Source of the DNA: Thermoleophilia bacterium
GTDB taxonomy: Bacteria; Actinomycetota; Thermoleophilia; UBA2241
Direction of reading: 5' to 3'
NCBI GenBank assembly: GCA_017882325.1
Contig: JADGPQ010000002.1
Location: forward strand, 1 to 43,407
Length of the DNA: 43,407 nucleotides
Position 1 is the first letter of the stretch. The number at the start of each line of letters is the position of its first letter. The notes under the pieces are model-generated. The model made no database searches, had not been told where the DNA came from, and was given only the letters and a program-made list of their open reading frames with translations. Below, in pieces: positions 16,684 through 25,766 of the stretch. Both the position numbers and the translations under genes were made by a program.

Positions 16684-17192
16684 CAGACGACACTCCCCCC
16701 GCTGCCGAGCGCCAGCGGCGTCGCCACAGACTCCGCCGCCTGCTCGCTCGCCGCCCGGACCGCGGCAACGATGGTCGTGTAGCCGGTGCAGCGACACAGG
16801 TTGCCGGCCAAGGCATGGCGGATTGCCTCTTCCGTGGGGCGCGGATCGGCCAGCAGGAGCGCTTTGGCTGCCATCAGCATGCCCGGCGTGCAGAAGCCGC
16901 ATTGCACGGCGCCGTGCTCGATGAACATGCGTTGCAGCGTATCGAGTCCATCATCGCCGGCCAGTCCCTCGACGGTGAGCACCTTCTTGCCCCGCACCTG
17001 CCCCGCGAGGACCAGACAGGAGTTCACGGCCTTGCCGTCCACGATGACCGTACAGGCGCCGCACTCGCCCTCCGAGCAGCCTTCCTTGACGCCCGTCAGG
17101 CCAAGCTGCAGTCGTAGTACGTCGATCAGGCGCGCCGTGGGCCGCACGTCGAGCTCGTGCTCCATCCCGTTCACGTGGAGCGAGAGTCTCAT
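16683..17192 (-). CDS. Molybdenum hydroxylase (2Fe-2S)-binding small subunit
   Basis: GCSEGECGACTV and CGFCTPG / CRCTGY cluster motifs. Confidence 0.9.
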   Translation of the reverse strand: MRLSLHVNGMEHELDVRPTARLIDVLRLQLGLTGVKEGCSEGECGACTVIVDGKAVNSCLVLAGQVRGKKVLTVEGLAGDDGLDTLQRMFIEHGAVQCGFCTPGMLMAAKALLLADPRPTEEAIRHALAGNLCRCTGYTTIVAAVRAASEQAAESVATPLALGSGGSVV

Positions 17193-19453
17193 CAGACCTC
17201 CGCCTCCCCCGGATAGAGGGCGGCCAGGATCTTCTCCGGCGTAGCCGGCAGATCCGAGAGCGACGTGCCCAAGGCGTGGTTGACCGCGTTGATCACGGCC
17301 GCCGCGGTCGGCACCGTGGCGACCTCGCCGACGCTCTTGGCTCCAAACGGTCCGTCGTCGCCCGGGTGCTCGACGAGCAGCACGCGGATGTCCGGCATGT
17401 CGGGAGCGTTGACGATGTGGTAATTCTTGAACCCGTCGACGCCACTACGTCCGGCCTCGTCCACGTCCATGTGCTCGTATAGGGCGTAGCCGATGCCCAT
17501 CTGCGCGGCGCCCTGGAACTGTGAGTGGACCATGCCCTTGTTGATCGCCTGGCCGACGTCGCCCACGGCGAGGAAGTCGGTCACCGCGGTCAGCCCGGTG
17601 GCGCAGTCGACCTCGACCTCGGCGAACTGCACCGAATAGGACGCCGGGTTAGAGGTCGCGTAGTAGGTGGTCGCCGCCGTGATGGCGGGCGAATGGCGCA
17701 TGTGGCTCAGCCGGGCGATATCCTTGAACGCAACGCCGCGCTGCCCGTCGTCCTGGACGTGGACCTCGCCGCCCTCCACGGTGAGCCTCTCTCTGGGCTC
17801 GTGAAGAAGGTCCGCGGCAGCCGTGATGATCTCCTCTTTGAGCTTCTCGGCCGTGGCCTTGGCGCAGGCGCCGACGACGTAGGTCACCCGGCTGCCGAAG
17901 GTTCCGTAGTCGAACGGCGTGGACGAAGTGTCGGCCTCGCCGGCGGCCACGAGGTCGGGGCTGACGCCGAGCACTTCGGCGACGATGATCTTCATCACGG
18001 TGACGATGCCGCAGCCTGGGTCGTGCAGGCTCGCGCCGAGCTCGAACGTGCCGTCCTCGTTCATCTTGAGCGTCATATTGCTGGCCTCGGCGAACTTGCC
18101 GAACATGCCGTTCTTGTGGGCGCCGCAGGCCACGCCCACGCCGCGGCGGTAGCGTCCACGTCCGGGTTCTCGCCCGCGCCTGGCGCTCCAGTAGAACGCG
18201 GCGGCGCCGCGTTCGAGACATTCGCGCACGCGGGCGTCGCCGAGCGACATCCCGGTGACCGGGTCCACTTCGAAAGGATGCATAAGGTTTAGGAGGCGCA
18301 GGTCGACCGGGTCGAGGCCGAGCTCGCGGGCAACCCGGTCCATGTGGATCTCCAGGGCGCTCACGATCTCCGGCGCTCCCCAGCCTCGCGCCGCCCCGGC
18401 CACCGGCGTGTTCGTGTACACCGCCTGAGAGCGGTGGTGGTAGTGAGGCAGGCGGTAGAGCTTGGTGATCTTCTGGCACACGTGGACGGCGTAGTCGGAC
18501 GTGCTCGATGCGTACGCCCCAGCATCGAGCACGGTCGCGACCTCCATGTCCTCCAACTGGCCCTGCGGGCTGCAGGTCGTGCGGATGGTCGACGCCGTCG
18601 CCGGTCTGACCATGGTCGCGATCATGCACTCCTCGCGGTCGAGCAGGAGCTTGACCGGCCGCCGCGTCTTCTGGGCCATGTAGGCTGTGACCGGCTCGAG
18701 GATGTACTCCGTCTTGCTGCCGAACGAGCCGCCCATGGGCGCCTTGATCACCCTGACGCGGTGATAGTCCAAGCCCAGGAGATCGGCCACGACCGTGCGG
18801 GCGCCGTAGACGCCCTGGCTCGTGCTCCAGACGGTCAGACCCCCCGTGCTGTAGGGCTGCACCACGCAGACGTGAGGCTCGAGCGCGGCGTGGTGGATCC
18901 GCGGAGTGCGCGTCATGCTGCTGACCACCACGGCGTCCGGTGACTGGACTCTGCGACCGCACTCCTCCTCGTGCTCGAAGAACACGTTGCCGCCCGGGTG
19001 GATGGGCAGGTCGTCGCGCAGCTGCGCCTCCTCCGGAGCGAAGAGCGCCGGCAGTTCCCGGTACTCGACGTCGATGAGGGCGACGGCGGCCTCGGCGATG
19101 GCTTGGCTGGTCGCCACGACCGCAGCCACACGGTCGCCAACGAAACGTACGTGTTCGCTGAAGAGCGTTTCGTCCCGCGGGCAGAGCTCCTGCTCCGGCG
19201 TGAGCCGGGCGCGGCAATACACGTCGGGCGGAGTGTTGAGATGCGAGAAGACCTTGACGACTCCCGGCAGCGCCTCGGCGGCGCGGGAGTCGATGCTCGT
19301 GACCATGCCGTGTGGGATGGGGCTGAGCAGAAGCTTGGCGTAGAGCATGCCGTGAAGCTCGATGTCGCTGCCGTACACCAGCTCGCCGGTGACTTTCTGC
19401 GATGCGTCGTGTACGGGATACGTCTGCCCCACGTACTGCAGGTCTTCCGTCAA
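17192..19453 (-). CDS. Molybdenum hydroxylase molybdopterin-binding large subunit (xanthine dehydrogenase/aldehyde oxidase family)
   Basis: 753 aa from a TTG start behind AAGGAGAAGG. N-terminal a/b hammerhead (VGQTYPVHDASQKVTGELVYGSD) and MGGSFGSK block. Substrate cannot be assigned. Confidence 0.85.
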   Translation of the reverse strand: MTEDLQYVGQTYPVHDASQKVTGELVYGSDIELHGMLYAKLLLSPIPHGMVTSIDSRAAEALPGVVKVFSHLNTPPDVYCRARLTPEQELCPRDETLFSEHVRFVGDRVAAVVATSQAIAEAAVALIDVEYRELPALFAPEEAQLRDDLPIHPGGNVFFEHEEECGRRVQSPDAVVVSSMTRTPRIHHAALEPHVCVVQPYSTGGLTVWSTSQGVYGARTVVADLLGLDYHRVRVIKAPMGGSFGSKTEYILEPVTAYMAQKTRRPVKLLLDREECMIATMVRPATASTIRTTCSPQGQLEDMEVATVLDAGAYASSTSDYAVHVCQKITKLYRLPHYHHRSQAVYTNTPVAGAARGWGAPEIVSALEIHMDRVARELGLDPVDLRLLNLMHPFEVDPVTGMSLGDARVRECLERGAAAFYWSARRGREPGRGRYRRGVGVACGAHKNGMFGKFAEASNMTLKMNEDGTFELGASLHDPGCGIVTVMKIIVAEVLGVSPDLVAAGEADTSSTPFDYGTFGSRVTYVVGACAKATAEKLKEEIITAAADLLHEPRERLTVEGGEVHVQDDGQRGVAFKDIARLSHMRHSPAITAATTYYATSNPASYSVQFAEVEVDCATGLTAVTDFLAVGDVGQAINKGMVHSQFQGAAQMGIGYALYEHMDVDEAGRSGVDGFKNYHIVNAPDMPDIRVLLVEHPGDDGPFGAKSVGEVATVPTAAAVINAVNHALGTSLSDLPATPEKILAALYPGEAEV

Positions 19454-19538
19454 TCCTTCTCCTTGTACTCGAGAGCGTTTCTGAGTGTACCAACTCTCCT
19501 TACCGACCGTCGGCCCGGCCTCGCCGCCCTGCGGCCGC

Positions 19539-21176
19539 TCAAATCAGACTCGCTGGTGGTCGCTCTTCGGGCTTGCTCTCCGCAAACCACCGCTCGAAGT
19601 CTACGCGGCAGTCTTGCACCGCCGGAGCCGCACAGGCGCCGCCGACGGACGTGCACAGCAACTCCGGCGGCAGGCTCCGGCCGACGCCGTCGGCCACGTC
19701 GATAGCTTCGTGCAGCGGCAGCACGGCCTCGTGACCGGCCAACGCCAGGTCGGCAAATACGTGCGCCATGCACGTGGCCGCGAGGATGCGGCTGCGGCAC
19801 GGCTGGCAGATGCCCCCCGGCATGGGGTCGCACGGCATGCCGGTGAAGGCCTGCATCGCCAGTGAGGCCGCGTTCTCGGCCTGCTCGGGCGAGCCGCCGG
19901 CCATCTCGACGATGGCGGCGGCGGCCATGGCGCCGCACGTGCCGGCCTCACCCGTGCAACCGGTCACCTCGCCGGTCGGCGCCGAGCGCGTGTACGAGAT
20001 AGCACCGATGCCGGCGGCGACGAAGAGCCCGCGCAACAGATCGTCCTCGCTTAGACCGCGGGCGTCCTGCACGGCGCTCATGGCAGCGTAGATGTAGCCG
20101 GCGCCGCCGCCCATGGGACCCGGTACCACGATGACACCGGGGATGCCGGAGCCGGCGCCGTACGCCCACTTGATCGTCTGCGCCGTGACTCCATCGGCCA
20201 CGGTCCGACCCGACGCGGCGTGCTCGGCCCAGCGGCCGGCGAAATCGGGCTTGAAGGGGCTCGTGGGGACGACGACGTCCTCCTCGTACACGGCGCGCGT
20301 CTGCCGGCGCATGAGGCCGGCCAGCATGCGCATGCGGTCGATGATCCAGGCGCGCGGCCACCCGGAAGCGTCCCTCTCGTACTGGACGGCGACCTCCCAC
20401 AGCGGCAAGTCCTCGTGCGCGGCGATCTCGCGCCAGCGGGTCATCGTGTCGAAGAGCTGGGGCTTGCGGTCGAGCTGGGAGATCACGGGCAGCAAGGGCT
20501 TGAGGACGGCGACGTTGACTCCCGGCAGCCCGGCTGTGAGCAGACCGTTCAGGGCGGCGAGATCCGGCTCGACCGCCAGCATGTAGGCACGCATCACGCC
20601 AAGGCCGTCGACGCCGACCTCGTGGCTGCCAACCAGCTGAGGCAGCTCGGGCACGAGCGCCGCGAGCTGCTCCTCGCCGATCGGTTTCTGGGCGCCGAAG
20701 ACCAGAAGTACGTAGGTGTCGCCGATGGTCCGCAGGGGGAAGCCGTTGACCGCGACCGTCTCCACCATGCCGCCGCCGGTGGAGTTACCGACGAGCTTCG
20801 CCTCGCGGCCGCTGCGGCCCGTCAAGACGAACTTGACGGCGTTAGGATGCCGGCTCTCCGTGATCTCGGTGAACTCAAACACGACCTCGACGACGGCCTC
20901 CTCGGCAAGCTCGAGGGCGCGGAACAGACGCTCGTCGTCGGGCTCAAAGCCGAGGACGCCGCCGACCATGGCCCGGTCCTCGGCCATGATCCCGAAGGTC
21001 CCGGCGAACGAGCCGCGCTCGTCGAGGAGGATCCGTATCCGGGACGGCGGCTCGCCGAGAAGCTGCCCGGCCAGAACGCCGAGCCGGCAAGGCCCGGCGA
21101 AGTGCGAGCTCGAGCCCGGCTGCATGACCGGGCCGAAGACGTCGTTGAAGAACTCCGGGTAGGGGGCGACCGTCAT
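19539..21176 (-). CDS. Fused beta-alpha [4Fe-4S] L-serine dehydratase family protein
   Basis: ATG 21176 gives 545 aa. FNDVFGPVMQPGSSSHFAGPCR N-terminus, ACT-like middle part, and a C-terminal alpha domain with CTGEAGTCGA and CDPMPGGICQPC Cys ligands. Confidence 0.75.
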   Translation of the reverse strand: MTVAPYPEFFNDVFGPVMQPGSSSHFAGPCRLGVLAGQLLGEPPSRIRILLDERGSFAGTFGIMAEDRAMVGGVLGFEPDDERLFRALELAEEAVVEVVFEFTEITESRHPNAVKFVLTGRSGREAKLVGNSTGGGMVETVAVNGFPLRTIGDTYVLLVFGAQKPIGEEQLAALVPELPQLVGSHEVGVDGLGVMRAYMLAVEPDLAALNGLLTAGLPGVNVAVLKPLLPVISQLDRKPQLFDTMTRWREIAAHEDLPLWEVAVQYERDASGWPRAWIIDRMRMLAGLMRRQTRAVYEEDVVVPTSPFKPDFAGRWAEHAASGRTVADGVTAQTIKWAYGAGSGIPGVIVVPGPMGGGAGYIYAAMSAVQDARGLSEDDLLRGLFVAAGIGAISYTRSAPTGEVTGCTGEAGTCGAMAAAAIVEMAGGSPEQAENAASLAMQAFTGMPCDPMPGGICQPCRSRILAATCMAHVFADLALAGHEAVLPLHEAIDVADGVGRSLPPELLCTSVGGACAAPAVQDCRVDFERWFAESKPEERPPASLI

Positions 21177-21180
21177 CGCT

Positions 21181-22197
21181 TCAGCCCTCCACGGCGCTGC
21201 CGAAATGCTGGCCGCCGATCTCGACCCAGGTGCCCAGCTCGCGCTCCTTGGCCTTCGTGTACACGTGGTGCGCGGCCGCGAGGTCTTCGATGGCGATGCC
21301 GAGCGACTTGAACAGCGTGATCTGATCGGGTGACGTCCGCCCAGGCGCTTTGCCGGTGAGCACCTCGCCGATCTCACCGACGATGTGGGCGTCGCCGATC
21401 AGCCCTTCGCCCTTGGGGATGAGGAACTCGCCGGATTCGCTGAGCAGAGATTCACGCCGGTCCGCGTACAGGCGGGCGCCGGCGACGAGCTCGGAATCGA
21501 GCTCCCTCGTCGCCGGCGTGTACGCTCCGACGGCGTTGATGTGGGCGCCGGGGCTGACCCAGGCGCCGAGGACGACCGGCTCGGTGGCCGTGGTCGTCGT
21601 GCAGATGAGGTCGGCGCCGGTGACGGCCTCCTCGGCGGTGGCGGCGACCTGAACGGTGAGACCCGTGAGCCGCGACTCGCGCGCCGCGAACGCCTCGGCG
21701 CTCTCGGCCGGCACGCTGTACACGCGCACGCGCCGCAGCGGCCGCACGGCGCGCATCGCCTGGAGGTGCGTGTGCGCCTGCGTCCCGGCGCCGATGATCG
21801 CGAGGTCGCCGGCATCCGGACGCGCGAGCAAGTCGGTGACGAGACCGCTCACGGCGGCGGTCCGGATCGCCGTGATCGACGTGGCGTCGACGATGGCGCG
21901 CAGCAGGCCACGTTCGCTGTCGAAGAACAGGACGACGCCCTGGTGCGTGTCGTACCCAGTGCCGAAGTTGGCGGGGAAGGCGGCGACCACCTTGACGCCG
22001 AACGCCTCCAGGCCGCCCAGGTACGATGGCATCAGGCCCATGACCCGGTCGCCGCCGGGCATGACCAGCATCTGGCGCAGCGGCATGACGACGTCGCCCT
22101 CGGCGAGCATCGTGAGGGCCCGGCGCATCACGTCGATGGCCTCTTCCATCGGGAGAAGCTCGGTGACCAGCCGCTGGTCCGCGATCAGCGCCTTCAT
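21181..22197 (-). CDS. Ornithine cyclodeaminase / mu-crystallin family NAD(P) enzyme (second paralogue)
   Basis: 338 aa. SITAIRTAAVSGLVTDLLA and IIGAGTQAHTH motifs. ATGA overlap with the upstream gene. Confidence 0.8.
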   Translation of the reverse strand: MKALIADQRLVTELLPMEEAIDVMRRALTMLAEGDVVMPLRQMLVMPGGDRVMGLMPSYLGGLEAFGVKVVAAFPANFGTGYDTHQGVVLFFDSERGLLRAIVDATSITAIRTAAVSGLVTDLLARPDAGDLAIIGAGTQAHTHLQAMRAVRPLRRVRVYSVPAESAEAFAARESRLTGLTVQVAATAEEAVTGADLICTTTTATEPVVLGAWVSPGAHINAVGAYTPATRELDSELVAGARLYADRRESLLSESGEFLIPKGEGLIGDAHIVGEIGEVLTGKAPGRTSPDQITLFKSLGIAIEDLAAAHHVYTKAKERELGTWVEIGGQHFGSAVEG

Positions 22198-23330
22198 GGG
22201 CCGACCTTCTTCAGTCGCGTCGATCCGCGCCGGTAGAGCTCCGCCGCGCGATGTACCGCATCACGGTCGAGCTCGATACCCAAGCCGGGCCTGTCGAGCA
22301 ACCCGATCTTGCCCTGGACGGGCGTGAGATCGGGCGCCGTGACAAGGTCCTCGACGAGCAGCTGGTGCATGATCTGGTTGCCTTCGGTCAGATTGGCGGT
22401 ACGCAGGCCCAGGTGATGCTGAGCGGCGTCGGTGATGCCGGAGACGCCCTGGCCGTGCAGGCAGATCGGCACGCCGGCGGCTTCGGCGATGGCGGCGGCC
22501 TTGCCGAAGGCGAGCAGGCCGCCGGCTTCGTGCGGCGAGAGGACGATGACGTCGGCGGCGCGCTGCCGGCAGATCTCGTACACGTCGGCCGGCGTGAACA
22601 CCGCCTGGTCGGCGGCGATGGGCACCCTCACGGCCTCCTTCACCTGGCGCAGGGCAGCGATGCTCGAGAGCGGCGTGGGCTGCTCGATCCACTCCGGCTC
22701 GAACTTGCGCAGTTTGCCGATCATGTGAATGGCCTCGGGGACGCTCCACGCGCAGTTCGGGTCGAGCCGCAGACGGCGGCCGCCGATCGCTTCGCGCACG
22801 GCCGCCGTGTTGCGCAGGTCGGCGTCCTCGCCGCGCCCGACTTTCAGGTAGATCACCGCGTAGCCCGCCTCTGCGAGGTCGCGAGCGTCTTCGGTGAGCT
22901 CCTCGGTCGTGTCTCCCTGGACGAAGCCGAAATAGTCGACCTCGTCGCGCACGGCGCCGCCGAGGAGCCGGTAGATCGGCCAGCCGACAGCCTTCCCCAG
23001 GATGTCCCAGAGCGCCATCTCCAAGCCGCCGAGGACGAAGTTCGCGTGCCACGGGGTGTGATTGAAGCTCCCCAGATGCCGCGCCCCGGTGATCAGGCGC
23101 TCGACGTCGAAGACCGGTTGGTCTTCAAAGAGAGGCGCAACGCCCTGCAGCGCGGCGACGGTGCCCTCCGCCGGGAAGCCCGCCACGGATTCGCCGATGC
23201 CGACGAGGCCGTCGTCGGTCTCGACTTCAACGAGGACCACGGCCGCCGCGTGATCCACGCGGCCGGCCCAGTGATAGGGCTCGTTGAAAGCCAGGGCGAG
23301 CGGCGTGGTCTGGATGCGGGCGATCTTCAC
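22194..23330 (-). CDS. Enolase-superfamily enzyme, mandelate racemase/glucarate dehydratase-like subgroup
   Basis: 378 aa. Capping domain VGIGES, barrel YLKVGRG, metal ligands in RLDPNCAW / WIEQP / IAADQ, and a putative D...H dyad (ADVIVLS ... ICLHGQ). Confidence 0.75.
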   Translation of the reverse strand: MKIARIQTTPLALAFNEPYHWAGRVDHAAAVVLVEVETDDGLVGIGESVAGFPAEGTVAALQGVAPLFEDQPVFDVERLITGARHLGSFNHTPWHANFVLGGLEMALWDILGKAVGWPIYRLLGGAVRDEVDYFGFVQGDTTEELTEDARDLAEAGYAVIYLKVGRGEDADLRNTAAVREAIGGRRLRLDPNCAWSVPEAIHMIGKLRKFEPEWIEQPTPLSSIAALRQVKEAVRVPIAADQAVFTPADVYEICRQRAADVIVLSPHEAGGLLAFGKAAAIAEAAGVPICLHGQGVSGITDAAQHHLGLRTANLTEGNQIMHQLLVEDLVTAPDLTPVQGKIGLLDRPGLGIELDRDAVHRAAELYRRGSTRLKKVGP

Positions 23331-23349
23331 GACAGACTCCGCTGCCCTC

Positions 23350-24885
23350 TCACGACCCCGGTGATGGGCTCACGCGACGCACCACGGCGGCGAACTGGCC
23401 GTCTGCGACGGCCCGCGCCGCCGCCTCGATCTCCGGCGCCAGGTAGCGGTCGCGACCGAGCGTCGGCGCGAAGCGCCTGACGAGGTCGCGCCCGGCCTTG
23501 GTGCCCACGCCGGCCTGGAGCGGCGCCAGCAAGTCGATCGCCTGCGCCGCGCAAAGCGCCTCGATGCCCAGCACGGTCTGGGCGTTGCGCATGACGTCCT
23601 CGAGCTTGAGTGCTGCCGTCATGCCCATGCTCACGTGGTCTTCCTGGTCGCCTGAGCTCGGAATGGAGTCGACGCTCGCCGGGTGGCAAAGGATCTTGTT
23701 CTCGGAGACCAGCGCGGCCGCCGTGTACTGGGCGATCATGTAGCCGTTGTTGAGGCCGCTGTCGGTGGTCAGGAACGGCGGCAGCTCCGAGAGCGAGCTG
23801 GTCAGCATGCGGAAGATGCGGCGCTCGCTGATGTTGGCGATCTCGCTGGTCGCCATTGCCGCAAGATCGAGGGCGAGGGCGAGCGGCTCGCCGTGGAAGT
23901 TGCCGGCCGAGATGATCTCGCCGCTGTCGGGGAACACGAGCGGGTTGTCGGTGACGGAGTCCACCTCGACGGTGATCACCTCACGCAACCAGCGCAGCCC
24001 GTCGCGACAGGCGCCGTGGACCTGAGGGATGCAGCGGAGCGAGTAGGCGTCCTGCACCTTGTCGCAGTTGAGGTGGCTCAGCATGATCTCGCTGCCTGCG
24101 GTGGCGGCGCGCACGTGCCGCGCCGTGTGGAGCTGGCCGGGGATGGGCCGCAGGAGCTGAATGCGCTCCTGGAACGGGCCGACCGAGGCGCGCAGGCCCT
24201 CAAGGCTCATGGCGCCGATCAGATCGGCGGAGTCGAGCAGCGCTTCGCCGTCGGCCACCGCGAGGCAGCCGATGGCGGCCATGAACTGGGTGCCGTTAAG
24301 AAGGCTGAGGCCTTCTTTGGCTTCGAGCGTGACGGGCGCGAGCCCCGCGGCCCGCAGAGCGGGCCGGGCCGGCTCGCGTCCGCCTTCCAGGCCGAGCACC
24401 TCGCCCTCGCCCATCATCGCCAGGACGAGATGTGCTGAAGGGGCGAGATCGCCGGAGGCGCCCAGCGAGCCTCGGGAAGGGACCCATGGCACGAGGTCGG
24501 CATTGAGCATCGCGGCTACGAGCTCCGCGACTGAGGCGCGCACCCCGGAATGGCCGCGCGCCATGGTGTTGAGGCGGATGGTCATGCCCGCGCGCACGAC
24601 CTCGCGGGGGAGCGGCACGCCGACGCCGACCGCGTGGCTGCGCACCAGGTTCTGCTGCAGCTCCTCGACCTTGTCGGTGGGGATGTGCGTCGTGGCGAGC
24701 AGGCCGAAGCCGGTGGTGACCCCGTAGGCCACCTGCTCTTCGGCGACGACGCGCGCGATGATGTCGTGGGCAGCGTCGATGCGCTCGCGCGCGGCCCGAC
24801 CGAGAGAGACCTCGACCCCGCCACGAGCCACTGCCAGGACGTCTTCGATGCTCAGCGGAGCGTCACCGATGACGATCTGCGTCAT
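23350..24885 (-). CDS. hutH: Histidine ammonia-lyase (MIO-dependent)
   Basis: 511 aa. YGVTTGFG, NLVRSHAVGVG and GSLGASGDLAPSAH (Ala-Ser-Gly triad). ATGA overlap with sucD. Confidence 0.85.
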   Translation of the reverse strand: MTQIVIGDAPLSIEDVLAVARGGVEVSLGRAARERIDAAHDIIARVVAEEQVAYGVTTGFGLLATTHIPTDKVEELQQNLVRSHAVGVGVPLPREVVRAGMTIRLNTMARGHSGVRASVAELVAAMLNADLVPWVPSRGSLGASGDLAPSAHLVLAMMGEGEVLGLEGGREPARPALRAAGLAPVTLEAKEGLSLLNGTQFMAAIGCLAVADGEALLDSADLIGAMSLEGLRASVGPFQERIQLLRPIPGQLHTARHVRAATAGSEIMLSHLNCDKVQDAYSLRCIPQVHGACRDGLRWLREVITVEVDSVTDNPLVFPDSGEIISAGNFHGEPLALALDLAAMATSEIANISERRIFRMLTSSLSELPPFLTTDSGLNNGYMIAQYTAAALVSENKILCHPASVDSIPSSGDQEDHVSMGMTAALKLEDVMRNAQTVLGIEALCAAQAIDLLAPLQAGVGTKAGRDLVRRFAPTLGRDRYLAPEIEAAARAVADGQFAAVVRRVSPSPGS

Positions 24886-25766
24886 GATGACCGCCTCGTT
24901 TCGAGCTGCGCCTGAAGCAGCGGGACGACGTCCGCCGGGGCGGACGCGACGGGAATGCCGGCAGCCTCCAGGGCCGCCTTCTTCTCGGCAGCAGTGCCCG
25001 ACGAGCCCTCGACGATGGCGCCGGCGTGGCCCATACGTTTGCCGGGCGGCGCGCCGAAGCCCGCTATGTAGGCGACCACGGGCCTCGAGACATGCTCGCG
25101 AACATACTCCGCGGCACGCTCCTCGTCGTTGCCCCCGATCTCACCGATGAGCACGACGGCCTCGGTCTCGTCGTCGGCCTCGAAAAGCTCGAGACACTCG
25201 AGGAAACCGACGCCGTGGATGGGGTCGCCGCCCATGCCGACGACCGTCGACTGTCCGATGCCGGCCTGGGTGAGCTCGTGGACGACCTCGTAGGTGAGGG
25301 TTCCCGAGCGGGAGATCAGGCCCACGGCTCCGGGAGCGAACACGTCGGCCGGCATGATGCCGGCGCTGCAACGCCGCGGGGTGATCAGCCCTGGCCCGTT
25401 GGGGCCGACGAGAGCGCAGCCACGGCGCGAGAGATGCGCCGTGACCTCGGCCATGTCGCGCACGGGGATCCCTTCGGTGACGCATACCACGAGGCGGATG
25501 CCGGCGTCTGCGGCTTCGAGCATCGCGTCGCGCGCGAACCGCGCGGGGACGAAGAGCACGGCCACGTCGGCGCCGGTCGCGGCGACCGCGGGTGCGACGG
25601 CATCGAACACGGGCGCGCCCTCAACGGTCTGGCCGCCCTTTCCGGGCGAGACGCCGGCCACGAGGTCCGTGCCCGCGGCGCGCATGCGCGCCGCGTGCAA
25701 GGCGCCCTCGCGCCCGGTGATGCCCTGCACCAGGACGCGGCTGTGTTCGTCGATCAGAATGGCCAT
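24882..25766 (-). CDS. sucD: Succinate--CoA ligase (ADP-forming) alpha subunit
   Basis: VLVQGITGREG CoA-binding N-terminus and MGHAGAIV phosphohistidine loop. Confidence 0.85.
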   Translation of the reverse strand: MAILIDEHSRVLVQGITGREGALHAARMRAAGTDLVAGVSPGKGGQTVEGAPVFDAVAPAVAATGADVAVLFVPARFARDAMLEAADAGIRLVVCVTEGIPVRDMAEVTAHLSRRGCALVGPNGPGLITPRRCSAGIMPADVFAPGAVGLISRSGTLTYEVVHELTQAGIGQSTVVGMGGDPIHGVGFLECLELFEADDETEAVVLIGEIGGNDEERAAEYVREHVSRPVVAYIAGFGAPPGKRMGHAGAIVEGSSGTAAEKKAALEAAGIPVASAPADVVPLLQAQLETRRSS

